Source: Octopus bimaculoides
Taxonomy: Eukaryota
Length of the DNA stretch: 64,000 nt
Direction of reading: 5' to 3'
NCBI RefSeq assembly: GCF_001194135.2
Contig: NC_068998.1
Span: 16,746,834-16,810,833, forward strand
Part shown: positions 1 through 10,688 of the stretch, in pieces
Layout of the letters: every line of letters starts with the position of its first letter
Position numbering within the stretch: the first letter of the stretch is position 1
Translations under genes and position numbers: made by a program
The notes under the pieces: model-generated
Seen by the model: the letters and a program-made list of their open reading frames with translations, nothing else
Databases searched by the model: none
What the model was told of the DNA's origin: nothing

Positions 1-400
1 GGCACAGATATGACTGTGTGGCAAGCAGCTTGCTTTCTAACCACATGGTTTCAGGTTCAGTTCCACTGTGTGGCACCTTGGGTGAGTGTTTTCCACTATA
101 GCCTTGGGCCAACCAAAGCCTTGTCAATGTATTTGGCAGAGGGAAACTGAAAGAAGCCCATTGCATATATATATATATATATATATATGCATGTGTGTAT
201 GCTTCTGTGTCTCTATTTATCTCTCTTACTTGACAACTGTTTACATCCCCGTATCTTAGTGGTTTGTCATAAGAAACTAATAGAATAAGTATGATACTTA
301 AAAAAAAAAGTTCTGTGGCCGATTCATTTGACTAAACATTCTTCAAGGTGGTGCCCCAGCATAGTCACAGTCTAATGATTGAAACAAGTAAAAGCTAAGA
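1..400 (+). mobile_element. tRNA-derived SINE family A, degenerate copy
   Basis: Head with A/B-box-like motifs, central (TA)n, tail ...ccagcatagtcacagtctaatgattgaaacaagtaaaag. Homologous to 2542, 26474 and 63341. Confidence 0.85.
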
Positions 401-409
401 GATAATTAA

Positions 410-630
410 CTCTTTAGCATTCAGATTACTTTGTCATATGTAATGCTCATTTATTCACATCGTTGTGAATTAATTACATATTATCTCATATCTTTGAAGT
501 TTCAATGATGCAATTGTTTATTTTTGTAATGACATTGTAGGGGAGGTATGAGAGGCTAGATCTGGCCAGTTTCAACATAAAACAGATGGAATATTTGGAC
601 CTGATATGGCCAGTTTAAATGCTTAAAGGG
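410..630 (-). mobile_element. piggyBac-like MITE family E copy
   Basis: TTAA|ctctttagcatt ... aatgcttaaaggg|ttag; reverse orientation of 33778. Confidence 0.8.
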
Positions 631-711
631 TTAGATTTTCTATTATGGTGTTTGGAACATAACTGAAAGTTCTTAGATGAATTATAATAGGTTTTGATTT
701 AAATATGAATC

Positions 712-1075
712 CTTCTTTTACTTGTTTCAATCATTGGACTGTAGGCATGCTGGAGCACTACTTTAAAGGGGTTTATTTAGCCAAACAAATTTCCCCAGTA
801 CTTATTTTATATGTCTGGTACTTATTCTGTCAAATACTTTTGCTGAACTGCTAAGTTATGTGGTAGTGGTGAGACAAATACTAACAGATACACACACACA
901 CACATGTATGTGTACACACACACACACACACATAGTTTCTGTTTCCCAGATTTACTCTCAAGGCATTATTTGGCCTGGGAGCTATAGTAGAAGACACTTA
1001 CCCAAGGTGTCATGCAGTGGGGCTGAACCCAAATGCCTGTATTTGCAATGTAAACCTCTTAACCACACAGCCTCT
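712..1075 (-). mobile_element. SINE family A copy
   Basis: Reverse-complement match to family A with central (CA)n. Confidence 0.8.
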
Positions 1076-1287
1076 AAGATGGGTTGGTATAAACCAAGAT
1101 GTTACCATACTACTGTTGAAATACATTGTCTCTGTTCCAATTAATATTGGTTTCAAATTTTGGCATAGTTGGCAGCAATTTTGGAAATGGGGTAAGTAGG
1201 TTACATCGACCTCAGTACTCAACTGGTATTTATTTTATTGACCCCGAAAGGTTGAAAGGCAAAGCTGACCTCAGTGGAATGTAAATT

Positions 1288-1770
1288 ATCATCATCATCA
1301 TCGTTTAACATCCACCTTCCATGCTAGCATGGGTTGGACAATTTGACTGAGGACTGGTGAACCAAGTGGCTACACCAGGCTCTAATCTGATTTGGCAGAG
1401 TTTCTACAGCTGGATGCCCTTCCTAACGTCAACCACTCGGAGAGTGTAGTGGGTGCTTTTACGTGCTACCGGCACGAAGGCCATTCAGGCGGTACTGGCA
1501 ACGGCCACACTCAAAATGGTGTATTTTACGTGCCACCTGCACAGGAGCCAGTCCAGTGGCACTGGCAACGATCTCGCTCGAATGTCTTTTCACGTGCCAC
1601 TGGCACAACAGTAAGGTGACGCTGGTAGCGATCACACTCAAATGGTGCTATTTACGTGCCACCAGCACAGAAGCCAGAAGACAGCTGCTATGGCAACGAT
1701 CAAGCTCGAACAGTGCTCTTAGCGCTCCACTGGTACAGGTGCCATCACAATTTCGATTTCGCTTGATGGA
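1288..1770 (-). mobile_element. RTE-type LINE 3'UTR / derived repeat (family D) with (GAT)n tail
   Basis: (ATC)n at the left end, conserved ctggatgcccttcctaacg core, internal 65-bp unit array. Homologues at 6890-7182, 15790-16150, 40678-41015, 42250-42540, 49860-50090, 52575-52784, 55870-56100, 58330-59020, 61660-61880 and 62028-62313. Confidence 0.8.
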
Positions 1771-2541
1771 CAAAATACCACTAAGCATTTTGCTTGGCAT
1801 GCTAACAATTCTGCCAACTTGTCACTTTGTTTCAATTAATATTGAAAAAAAAATAGAGTTTGGTAAATTTAGTAAAATATCTTTATCACTATTAAAATGG
1901 GGTTTGAATCATAAACTAACATAAATTTTAGCTGGAAGTTTTAATTTACAACATTTTAAAATAGGAAATTTGTACCAAAGAACTGGGGTCAGTCTCAGGT
2001 AGTTTAATACCAAAAGGGCTAATACGGTTACTGCAATTTTCTCCATTAACAGTAAATAAAATTTATAGGGATTTGAAAAGAAAATATCAACTCTAAAAAT
2101 CTGTTTTCTCAATATGATTGTTTATCTGTGTTATCTATGCAAGTAAATGGTATGAAAGGTTAAAGTAGCAATGTTCTTTTTAGTCAGCATTTATTAATAT
2201 AGATTTCAGTAAAATGCTCTTACCAACCCTTTTCAAATCTTATCAAATTACAGCAGCATGTGAATAATGATTTTTTTTTATCAATTTTTTTATTATTATT
2301 ATTTTTATTTTTTTAAACCAAAAACTGCACCAGCATAATAACTGAAGTAAGGAATTTGAGACTGTATCGGTACATGTTGATTGTAAAGATAAATAGTAAT
2401 CATGATATTTTTGATATTATTCAGATGTCTTTTATGAATTTAGTTTCTTCTAATAAGAATAAAATGGCACTATATATGAGTACTTAAGACTAGGAATTAT
2501 TAGATCTTTGTAATATGTAAACAAAACAAAAAATAATAAAT

Positions 2542-2948
2542 AGGCACAGGAGTGGCTGTGTGGTAAGTAGCTTGCTTACCAACCACATGGTCCTGGGTTC
2601 AGTCTCACTGCATGGCACTTTGAGCAAGTGTCTTTTACTATAGCCTCGGGCCGACCAAAGCCTTGTGAGTGGATTTGGTAGACGGAAACTGGAAGAAGCC
2701 CGTCGTATATGTATATATATATATATATATATATGCATGTGTGTATGTTTGTGTGTCTGTTTGTCTCTCCCAGCATCGCTTGACAACCAATGCTGGTGTG
2801 TTTACGTCCCTGTAACTTATGGCTCGGCAAAAGAGACCGATAGAATAAGTACTAGGCTTACAAAGAATAAGCTCTGGGGTCGACTATAAAGGCGGTGCTC
2901 CAGCATGGCTGCAGTCAAATGACTGAAACAAGTAAAAGAGTAAAAGAG
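2542..2948 (+). mobile_element. SINE family A, young copy
   Basis: aggcacaggagtggctgtgtggtaag head, (TA)n core, (AAAAGAGT)n tail. Very similar to 26474-26878. Confidence 0.92.
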
Positions 2949-3060
2949 AGTATGTATATTCTGTGCATCTTGCTAGTTCTTTGATTTTAAATGTAAAACT
3001 TCAAATCCTGCCAAATATTATGTAGAAGTAATTATTTCCCTTACACTAACTGACCATAGT

Positions 3061-3382
3061 GGAGGTGCATGGCTTAGTGGTTAGGGTATTTGATTCACAA
3101 TCGTATGGTTGTGAGTTCAATTCTTGGTAATACATTGTGTCCTTGAGCAAGACACTTTATTTCATATTGCTCCAGTCCACTCAGCTGGCAAAAATGAGTA
3201 GTACCTGTAATTCAAAGAGCCAGTCTTATTATCTTTTTTGTCATGCTAAGTCTCCCTGAGGACAATGTTAAAGGCATATGTGTCTGTGGAGCATTCAGCC
3301 ACTTGCACGTTAATTTCATGAGTAGGTTGTTCCATTGATTGGATCAACTGGAAAACTCTTCATAGCCAATGGAGAGCCAGTT
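3061..3382 (+). mobile_element. SINE family C (head 1 + body alpha)
   Basis: tRNA-like head, ccttgagcaagacactttatttca...ctcagctgg central domain. Homologous to 8992-9312 (+), 9868-10186 (-) and 52937-53238 (-). Confidence 0.85.
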
Positions 3383-3684
3383 TTTTTTACACTAACTGGC
3401 CACCATGGAACATGTGTTTGGGAGTTTCCTACACCATTAAAATATCAATAACTGTTTAATGAGCCAATGACGAAGTCTTTATGTGGACTCTCGACTTACT
3501 AGAAATAATAGCCATCATTCCAAAGATGTGGAACCAGCAATGTCTACATGTCTGTTGAAAAGGAATTGTAGCATGTGATACAATGATCTGTGTTTTTTAA
3601 ACTTGTTTTTTGTAAACTGTAAATTAATTTCCCTGCTTTGTTAGTGAATTTGGATGAAGGAAACTGTACAGAAACCTGTATAAG

Positions 3685-3915
3685 GCGGCGAGCTGGCAGA
3701 AACGTTAGCATGCTGGGCGAAATGCTTAGCGGTATTTCGTCTGCCACTACGTTCTGAGTTCAAATTCCACCAAGGTCGACTCTGCCTTTCATCCTTTCGG
3801 GGTCAGTTAAATAAGTACCAGTTACGCAGTGGGGTCGATATAGTCGACTTAATCCGTTTGTCTGTCCTTGTTTGTCCCCTCTGTGTGTAGCCCCTTGTGG
3901 GCAGTAAAGAAATAA
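3685..3915 (+). mobile_element. tRNA-derived SINE family B (ggcgagctggcagaa... head)
   Basis: Well-preserved copy. Same tail variant as 61005-61222 (minus). Other copies at 1146-1287 plus 1772-1825 (split by an RTE insertion), 7284, 25561, 26888, 37803, 44512, 50990 and 58003. Confidence 0.88.
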
Positions 3916-3923
3916 GAAACCTG

Positions 3924-3960
<37 letters not shown>

Positions 3961-4040
3961 GGGGTATTTGTGGATATGCACATTGTATTTTTCTCTCACT
4001 ACTTACCTACTAGTGTTGTTTTTTTTTTACNNNNNNNNNN

Positions 4041-4087
<47 letters not shown>

Positions 4088-5029
4088 TTTGTGGATATGC
4101 ACATTGTATTTTTCTCTCACTACTTACCTACTAGTGTTGTTTTTTTTTTACATTTCTGTAATTTGTAACAAACTTAAAATAAGTTGTGGAATCAATTTGA
4201 TTAACAAATTAAACCCTTCAAGGTGATGCCCCAGCACATCTGCAGTCCAGTGATTGAAACAAGTAAAAGAATAAAGGCATATTTATTGTCTTGTAAAAGA
4301 AAGGACACATCAATAAATGTCATCCTAGATATACGCAATGCCTCAGAGTAGGCTGAGATGGTCTTGGGTGGAATGCTTCTGATCATAGATCTGTTCAGTC
4401 AGTGCTGACCTGGGGCTAAACAAAAACAAGGATTGTTCAGTAATCTTGTTTTTGTAAAACCCTGCCTGTAATGTCCTGCACTGTACTTTTAACTTATCTA
4501 AGTGATAACTTTTAAGTGGTTACAACATTTCTTGGCTTGTGATTGTTTGTCTTTTCTTGGTCTTTGTACCTTGTTAAATGACGGCAACTTGCTGATACAT
4601 GTATACTGCTTAACATCTTGACAAGCAACATTGTAAATATGAAATTATGAAACTTGTTTTGGAATCATGAAACATGTTAACATAGGAATCTCATCCAATG
4701 CTCTAAAGATGTTGAAATTGCTGGCATTGTATATTTATTTATTCAGCTGAAATGATTTTTTAATATGTAATTCATATCATCTCCTTTGTATTTGGAGCTC
4801 ATCGGTAAATTATAAATTAGTTTAGATCACAATTCTGTGTTTCTTGCGCAAGTGGAATTAAAACTAAAACTATGGCTGTCCCTCACATATTGATTAATTT
4901 GATCCTCAACTAGGTGGTCACAGTTGGAATTCTTTTGACGAAATGATTCTATTGACTTAACCCTTTGGCCTTCAGTTTACTCTAATCAAATATAATGCTT
5001 ATTTATTCTTCTGCCAAAATTTGAAAATA

Positions 5030-5067
<38 letters not shown>

Positions 5068-5293
5068 AATTTTTTTTTTTTTTTTGAGTGAAGGTGGTGC
5101 TCTTCATTTTTTTAAAAGGCCTCTGGAATTAGTGAGTTGGGGAGCGAAAGAAATTCTCAAATCTTAGACCTGATCTGAATACCTGCAACAGACTAGACTC
5201 TGCTGAAAGTACCCAAAATGTCCTGTGGCACTTTGGGTATTTTCAGCAGTATTTAATCTGACATTCTTACAAATCCACCAATCCACTGTAGAT

Positions 5294-5602
5294 CAATGCT
5301 TCTCAAACTATCTGATATGGCATACTGGCCTTTTTTTTTTTTTTTTACAATGTACCAGGGACCGGTAATATTTCTTAGTAATATTAATTTATACCAGAAA
5401 CAATATATATAATGAATATAATAAAAGTTGACAATTTTTTTTTTATCATATATTTATTTTGTAAACAAATAATACAATAATACATAAGCATTTTATAAGC
5501 ATTTTATAATGTTTCTTTCTTTTCTGGAAACTCACCATGTATTGGCAGCTAATGGCTCGTGAACCATTGCCGGTCCATGGATCATCTCTTTGAGTAGCAC
5601 TG
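5294..5602. mobile_element. hAT (Charlie-like) MITE
   Basis: TIRs caatgcttctcaaa / tttgagtagcactg. 8-bp TSD CTGTAGAT / CTGTAGAA. Confidence 0.85.
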
Positions 5603-5619
5603 CTGTAGAAAACACTTTC

Positions 5620-6030
5620 TTTGTTTGCTAAGAGACCAACTTGGAAGGCATGAAATAAAAATTGGGTAGGACAAGGAGTGATATTGTGAAGTTGGTTAAG
5701 ATAGAAAGTGAAACTAAGATGTTAACTAATGTTCTGTCTTAAGGATGGAAGAGATGAAGTGTTTGAATAACTAGGCATCGTGGGTTTTTTGTTTTTTTTT
5801 ATAAATCAGTGTTATGGACAGTGAATGTACAAGTGTATGTAAGTGCTTTAATGACAGGCTGTTGAATGATAAATACAAGTTGTGAAGAACAATTTGAAAT
5901 GGAGCCAATAGAAGGGTCAGTTATTGAGGTAGTTTTCAGCATAATTAGAAAGTATATTAAGATGATGTCAGAGAAAGCTGCAAGTTCACTGAGGATAGTT
6001 GCTGGGTTGCCGGAGGCATCAAGCTATGGA
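5620..6030 (+). pseudogene. Degenerate RTE LINE ORF2 fragment (endonuclease-RT linker)
   Basis: Disrupted frames give RLLN.. and MEPIEGSVIEVVFSIIRKYIKMMSEKAASSLRIVAG, resembling RTE P(V/I)EGP...AIK.MK.GKAPGPSGI.AE. Confidence 0.6.
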
Positions 6031-7717
6031 GGTCATATTTAGTTACTTGGTTAGTTAACTAGGTAAATTAACCTTTCGGTCAAAGAAGTCACTAACTTTC
6101 AGATGTAATTCAGTTAACTGTAGCTGATCAGTGTTTGGTGTAGCCGTGTTACAGCTCACTTTGCTCGAACATTTCAATGCTAGACATGTTGGCTTAGTTG
6201 AAGGTTTTTTGCTGATATAAAGGGCCACAACTTTGCCCTCGTGAAAATTCTTCAGAATGCATGATACAGTGGAGTAACTTCCCCATGAATCTAACTTTTA
6301 GACCCATATCTTTATCACAGAAATTTTGGAATAATACAGTGCTTTATTGTTTATTTAGTGTTTGTCAATTGTTCGTGTATACTTTATATTCTTCCTCCCC
6401 TAAAAAATAGAACTTTTGAGTTGACTAAAGAAAAAATAAATAAATAAAATGTTTTAGATGATAAATATTGCTGGAATAGCAGCATATAGTTGGTTAAGCA
6501 ATAAATTCCATTTTTTCATAAACACATTATCCTTGTAAAAGATAGTGTGTGTATGCACTTTCAGTCTCACTAGTATATCCATCCTGTTTAGATTTCAAGT
6601 ATTTCCCTTCACTAGGAGGGGTTAGATTGTGGAAAGCCCAAACAAGAGACAACAGCTAAATGAATGTTGTCAAATTTGATAATGAAGTTAACTGAAGGTT
6701 TTAGAATTACTGTAGCATCATTGTAAATATGAAACTGGTTGGTTATTGTTACTCAATCTGAAACAGATCAGTTGCTATAATTCAGGGACAGTATCCATAT
6801 TGCACATTTTATTTTAATCTTCTTTTCCATTTCTGAAACTATCTCTCTCAGCTCATGTATTGTCTCTGATCATTAATATTTTTGTAACCATTGCCAGTGC
6901 CCCTGGACTGGCTCTTGTGCGAGTGGCACATAAAATACACCATTTTGAGCGTGGCCGTTGCCAGTACCGCCTGACTGGCCTTCGTGTGGGTGACACGTAA
7001 AAGCACCCACTACACTCTCTGAGTGGTTGGCGTTAGGAAGGGCATCCAGCTGTAGAAACTCTGCCAAATCAGCTTGGAGCCTGGTGTTGCCATCCGGTTT
7101 CACCAGTCCTCAGTCAAATCGTCCAACCCATGCTAGCATGGAAAGCGGACGTTAAACGATGATGATGATGATGATGATGATTTCTAATGAAATACACCCT
7201 CCTTATGTTTTAATAATATTTGAAAATCATTGAAAATCTGTAAAATTTTGTAACCTTTCATTATTGAATTACTGTTGAAAGTTAGTGAGCTGGCACAATG
7301 TTTGGCATGTTGGACAGGCTGCTTAGCAACATTTCTTCTGACGCTTTACATTCTGATTTAAATCCCACCAAAGTCAACTTTGCCTTTCTTCCTTTCATGG
7401 ATGATGAAATAAAGGACCAACCAAGTACTGGGGTCGATATAATTGACTGGCCACCTTCTCTCAAAATTGTTGGTCTTGTGCCAAAGTTAGAATTATTAAA
7501 CTGGTGTTTAGAATATAATACTAGGCTTGCACCTGAAATTATTATAGAATGCTCACATTTAGGCACAGTTGTGACTCTGTTGTAAGGAGTTTCCCAACCA
7601 CATGGTTCCTGGCTCAGTCCCATTGCATAGTACCTTGAGCACGTGTCTTCTACTACAGCCTCAGGTTGACCAAAGCCTTGTGGGTGGATTTGGTAGACAG
7701 AAACAGAAAGAAGCCTG

Positions 7718-7759
<42 letters not shown>

Positions 7760-8194
7760 ATCCCCCACCATTGCATGACAACTGATGTTGGTGTATTTAT
7801 GTACCTGTAACTTGGCAGTTCAGCAAAGGAGACTGATAGAATAAATATCAGGCTTTAAAAAAAAAGGAAATACTGGGGTTGATTTGTTCAATTAAAATTC
7901 TTTAAGGTAGTATCCCAGCAGCCTAATGACTGTAAAAGAAAAAGATAAAAGATTTAAATATGAACACTTCAAAATGGTTTGTTTAATATCGTAGAACCAG
8001 ATGTTGTCTCAGGTAAGTTAGTATCAAAATGGTTAATCTGACATTAGACATATTAGCTCCACCTATTTATTCATTTCCTTTTAGTCTAGGTGAGTTTGAC
8101 AAGGTCATAGGTGTTGTCCCTCCTCTTACTAATAATTACAAATGTATTTATGAAAAGTTTAAAATTTTCATCAAAATTTGAAATATTATTTAAA

Positions 8195-8335
8195 ATCTTT
8201 CATTTTTATATTTGGTTTGCAAGGTTCTTTGATGTGAGCCTGTATGTTGAAACAGATGTTGTTTCTTTGGAAGGTCATTAAGCCATTATGAAGCTCACAC
8301 ACTGGTTCTATTTCATTTCTTTTATTATCTATTAG
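8195..8335. repeat. Unclassified interspersed repeat H
   Basis: tttggtttgcaaggttct...gaaacagat...ggtcatt...cacacactggttc recurs at 17055-17190 and partly at 32230 and 42030. Confidence 0.6.
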
Positions 8336-10302
8336 TAAACTAGTTAATCATTTAACCAATTAACTAATAGTTTGTTTGATTTATTGTTCAGTCAGTCAAT
8401 CAGTGACATGCCAGATGGCTAACAAAGACGAAAATTTCTTTTAAGCATGTAAATTAATATTTTTGTTAAACCAAAATTTTTTTAAAGTTATCTCCCTTCT
8501 TTGATAATTGCTTACAGTTAGTGTTAAGTTTTTTTTCTTTTTTCTTTCTGTAACTAAGAGGTAAATTTTAAATGCTTTTTGTCGCAAGATTTTTTTTTAA
8601 TGATTGAGATTTTTTGGTTCATGTCATTCAGCAAAGTGCTCCTTTCTTGGATTGCCTTATAGCATAGCCTCAGATTTACCAATGCTTTCTGAAATTTGGC
8701 ACATGGAAACTATGCAGATGCTTGTGATATATTTGTATATATCAGCTGCAGTTGAGAACTCGTACATTCAAACAGAAATATCCTGTAGTGTTTGTGCCTA
8801 ATTGAATTATCCCTTCTTATACCAATGACTATTTTGCATTTCATCTCTTACATGAAGAATGAATTATTTCCCCATGCTACTATAATCAACTAAAGCTTCT
8901 TGAAGACAATAGCCTAGCATGGCCACAGTCCTTTGAGCAAACCCTATAAAACAATGAATTCAAGCTTTTATAACCTTTTTATTGTTTTATTGAAGGTGCG
9001 TGGCATAGTAGTTAGAGTATTCAGCTCATGATTATAAGGTCATAAGTTCAATTCCCGGTAACACATTGTATCCTTGAGCAAGACACTTTATTTCAGGTTG
9101 CTCCAGTCCACTCAGCTGGCAAAAATGATTAGTACCTGTAACTCAAAGGGCCAGCCTTGTCGCTCTCTGTATCATGCTGAATCTCTCTGAGAACTATGTT
9201 AAGGGTACACATGTCTGTGGAGTTCTCAGCCACTTGTATGTTAATTTCACAAGCATGCTGTTCTGTTGATCAGACAACTGGAACCATCGTTGTCATAATC
9301 AACAGAGAGCCAATTGTCTTATTTGCTTACTTAAGCTCTTTTGTTCCCCAAACAGCATAGACCATCAATGACTTTTCTCCTGTCTTCCCAACTCTAGGCT
9401 GCTCCTGAAAGAAAGCCTTCTTCTCGCAGATCTTGTTGGTTTTGAATTGTCTTTGATATTTCTGTAACTTTACATTTTTCTAGGTCAGGGACATTGATCC
9501 AATGCAATTCATATTTTCTACCCTATTAAAAATGTCACAGGTAAGATTGAGCTTTCGATGATTTTGGGTGATCATGTGCACTATATGATCATCATCCCTC
9601 TTCATAGGACTAAATAATGATGTCAGGATTTCCTGGCAGTGATGATACACTGTCATATTCCTTGTTGCCTACTTACAATCCTGTGAGAAGAGTTGAACCT
9701 AAGCACTATAAACCCAGAAAAATTATACAATATCACCTTTATACAGAACTTCAGAGGTCATAGGTAGTGAATTTTACTTTGATGTTTACTGTTCAGTGGG
9801 TTTGAGCTGAGGAAGTTCTGTCCTTTGGTAAATGATGTATGCCAGTCTTTTGGCTGGATGGTACCTGGCATGCTGTTGGTTACGATGATGAGGATTCCAC
9901 TTCATCTGGTCAGCAGAACAGCTTGCTCATCAAATTAATGTGCAAGTGGCTGAGCACTCTACAGACATGCATACCTTTAACACAGTTCTCAGGAAGATTC
10001 AGTGTGACAATGTGATGAGGCTGGCCCATTTGAATTATAGGTATTATTCATTTTTGCCAGTTGAGTGAACTGGAGCAACATGAAATAAAGTGTCTTACTG
10101 AAGGACATAACATGCGACTGGGAATCAAACTTATGACCTTAACAGTTGTGAGCTGAATACACTAACCACAAAACCACATGCCTTCACTGGATGGCACCGA
10201 GAGAGTTATAAACAAGATTTATTACTAAACTTGAAAAATTTCTTGAATCTATATTTAGCTTTAATGATGAAATTATTAAAATATGACTGAGCAAGAGGGT
10301 AT

Positions 10303-10688
10303 ACTCTTTACTCTTTTACTTGTTTCAGTCTTTTGACTGTGGCCATGCTGGAGCACCGCCTTTAGTCGAGCAAATCGACTCCAGGACTTATTCTTTAGAA
10401 GCCTAGTACTTATTCTATCGGTCTCTTTTGCCAAACCGCTAAGTTACAGGAACGTTGGGTGGACAGACACAGACACACAAACACACACACACATACGTAT
10501 ATATATATATATATACATATATACGACGGGCTTCTTTCAGTTTCCGTCTACCAAATCCACCCACAAGGCTTCGGTCGGCCCGAGGCTATAGTAGAAGACA
10601 CTTGCCCAAAGTGCCACGCAGTGGGACTGAACCCGGAACCATGTGGTTGGTAAGCAAGCTACTTACCACACAGCCACTCCTACGCCTA
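10303..10688 (-). mobile_element. SINE family A, young copy with internal deletion
   Basis: Near-identical reverse complement of the 26474 copy. Lacks part of the post-microsatellite segment. Confidence 0.92.

Noticed and set aside
1459-1740. CRISPR-like repeat-spacer appearance
   Set aside because: Eukaryotic DNA, no cas genes, degenerate repeats and related spacers, all inside a LINE-derived repeat. Kept only as a tandem unit array.
1392-1924. Recurring ORFs such as MAEFLQLDALPN..., also at 6873, 40752 and 62101
   Set aside because: Translations of the family D repeat (RTE 3'UTR), not host genes.
2490-2889. Recurring ORFs with RGYSRRHLPKV... and HTHT/YIYI runs
   Set aside because: Translations of SINE family A and its microsatellite.
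3927-4150. About 100-bp direct duplication flanking the 10-N gap
   Set aside because: Identical sequence on both sides of a gap next to (GT)n is the signature of an unmerged contig overlap, not biology.
8086-8090. Possible 5-nt microexon (ttttag|TCTAG|gtgagt)
   Set aside because: No neighbouring exon chain to test it against; such motifs occur by chance.
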